This document shows, piece by piece, positions 63,639-64,000 of a DNA stretch of 64,000 nucleotides. Source of the DNA: Octopus sinensis (taxonomy: Eukaryota); NCBI RefSeq assembly GCF_006345805.1, contig NC_042997.1, positions 16,430,001 to 16,494,000 of the forward strand, read 5' to 3'. The notes beneath the pieces are model-generated. The model had not been told where the DNA came from, made no database searches, and was given only the letters and a program-made list of their open reading frames with translations. Both the position numbers and the translations under genes were made by a program. Within the stretch, counting starts at the first letter, position 1, and each line of letters opens with the position of its first letter.

Positions 63639-64000
63639 GAGAGAGTATATGTGAGTGTGTATATATGTGTGTGTGTATAGTGTTAGGAGTCACGAGCACT
63701 TAGACGCACATGGTGATAACTTCCACCTACCAAATTCAATTACAAGGCTTCGGTCGACCTGAACCTATAGCAGAGGACACTTGCCCAAAGTGCCATGCAG
63801 TGGGACTGAACCCGAAATCATGTGGCTAGAAAGCAAGCCTCCTACCCACACAGCCATGCCCACACCTACTGATGGCTGACTGGCATGTAAAAACTACTCA
63901 CTACACTCTTGGGGTGGTTGGCATTATGAAGAGCATCCAGCTGTAGAAACCTTGCCAAATCAGATTGGGGCCTGGTGCAGCCTCCTGGCTTACCAGTTCG

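Noticed and set aside
544-63703. Most ORFs in the supplied six-frame track (for example 23421-23814, 38160-38965, 40860-41472)
   Set aside because: They are translations of (TA)n/(CA)n/(GT)n microsatellites or SINE bodies (YIYI, THTH, CVCV runs); there is no protein-family signal.

Overview
AT-rich eukaryotic DNA. The SINE families, the (TA)n/(CA)n/(AAT)n density and the RTE/Penelope content resemble an octopus (coleoid cephalopod) genome; this comes from recognising repeat families, not from a database search. I could not identify any confident protein-coding gene. Almost all listed ORFs are microsatellite or SINE read-through, apart from decayed transposase and reverse-transcriptase remnants. 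The window is a mosaic of tRNA-headed SINEs (at least 5 families), RTE/CR1/L1-like LINE fragments, Tc1-mariner, pogo/Tc2 and piggyBac-type MITEs, palindromic MITEs, a 1.9-kb tandem duplication and several minisatellites. The most notable hidden structure is a set of eight type I hammerhead-ribozyme-like motifs in Penelope-like repeat fragments. One sits in the 3' half of a Pol III tRNA-headed SINE, three share a non-canonical CUGUnGA core, and three related fragments form near-perfect fold-back hairpins. Also notable: a SINE with a 112-bp target-site duplication, two SINEs inserted sequentially into one 16-bp target, headless SINE concatemers with one recurrent junction, and alternating CpG-retained and CpG-depleted domains that suggest methylated gene bodies. 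A candidate promoter with possible first exons lies at 14.2-15.2 kb.
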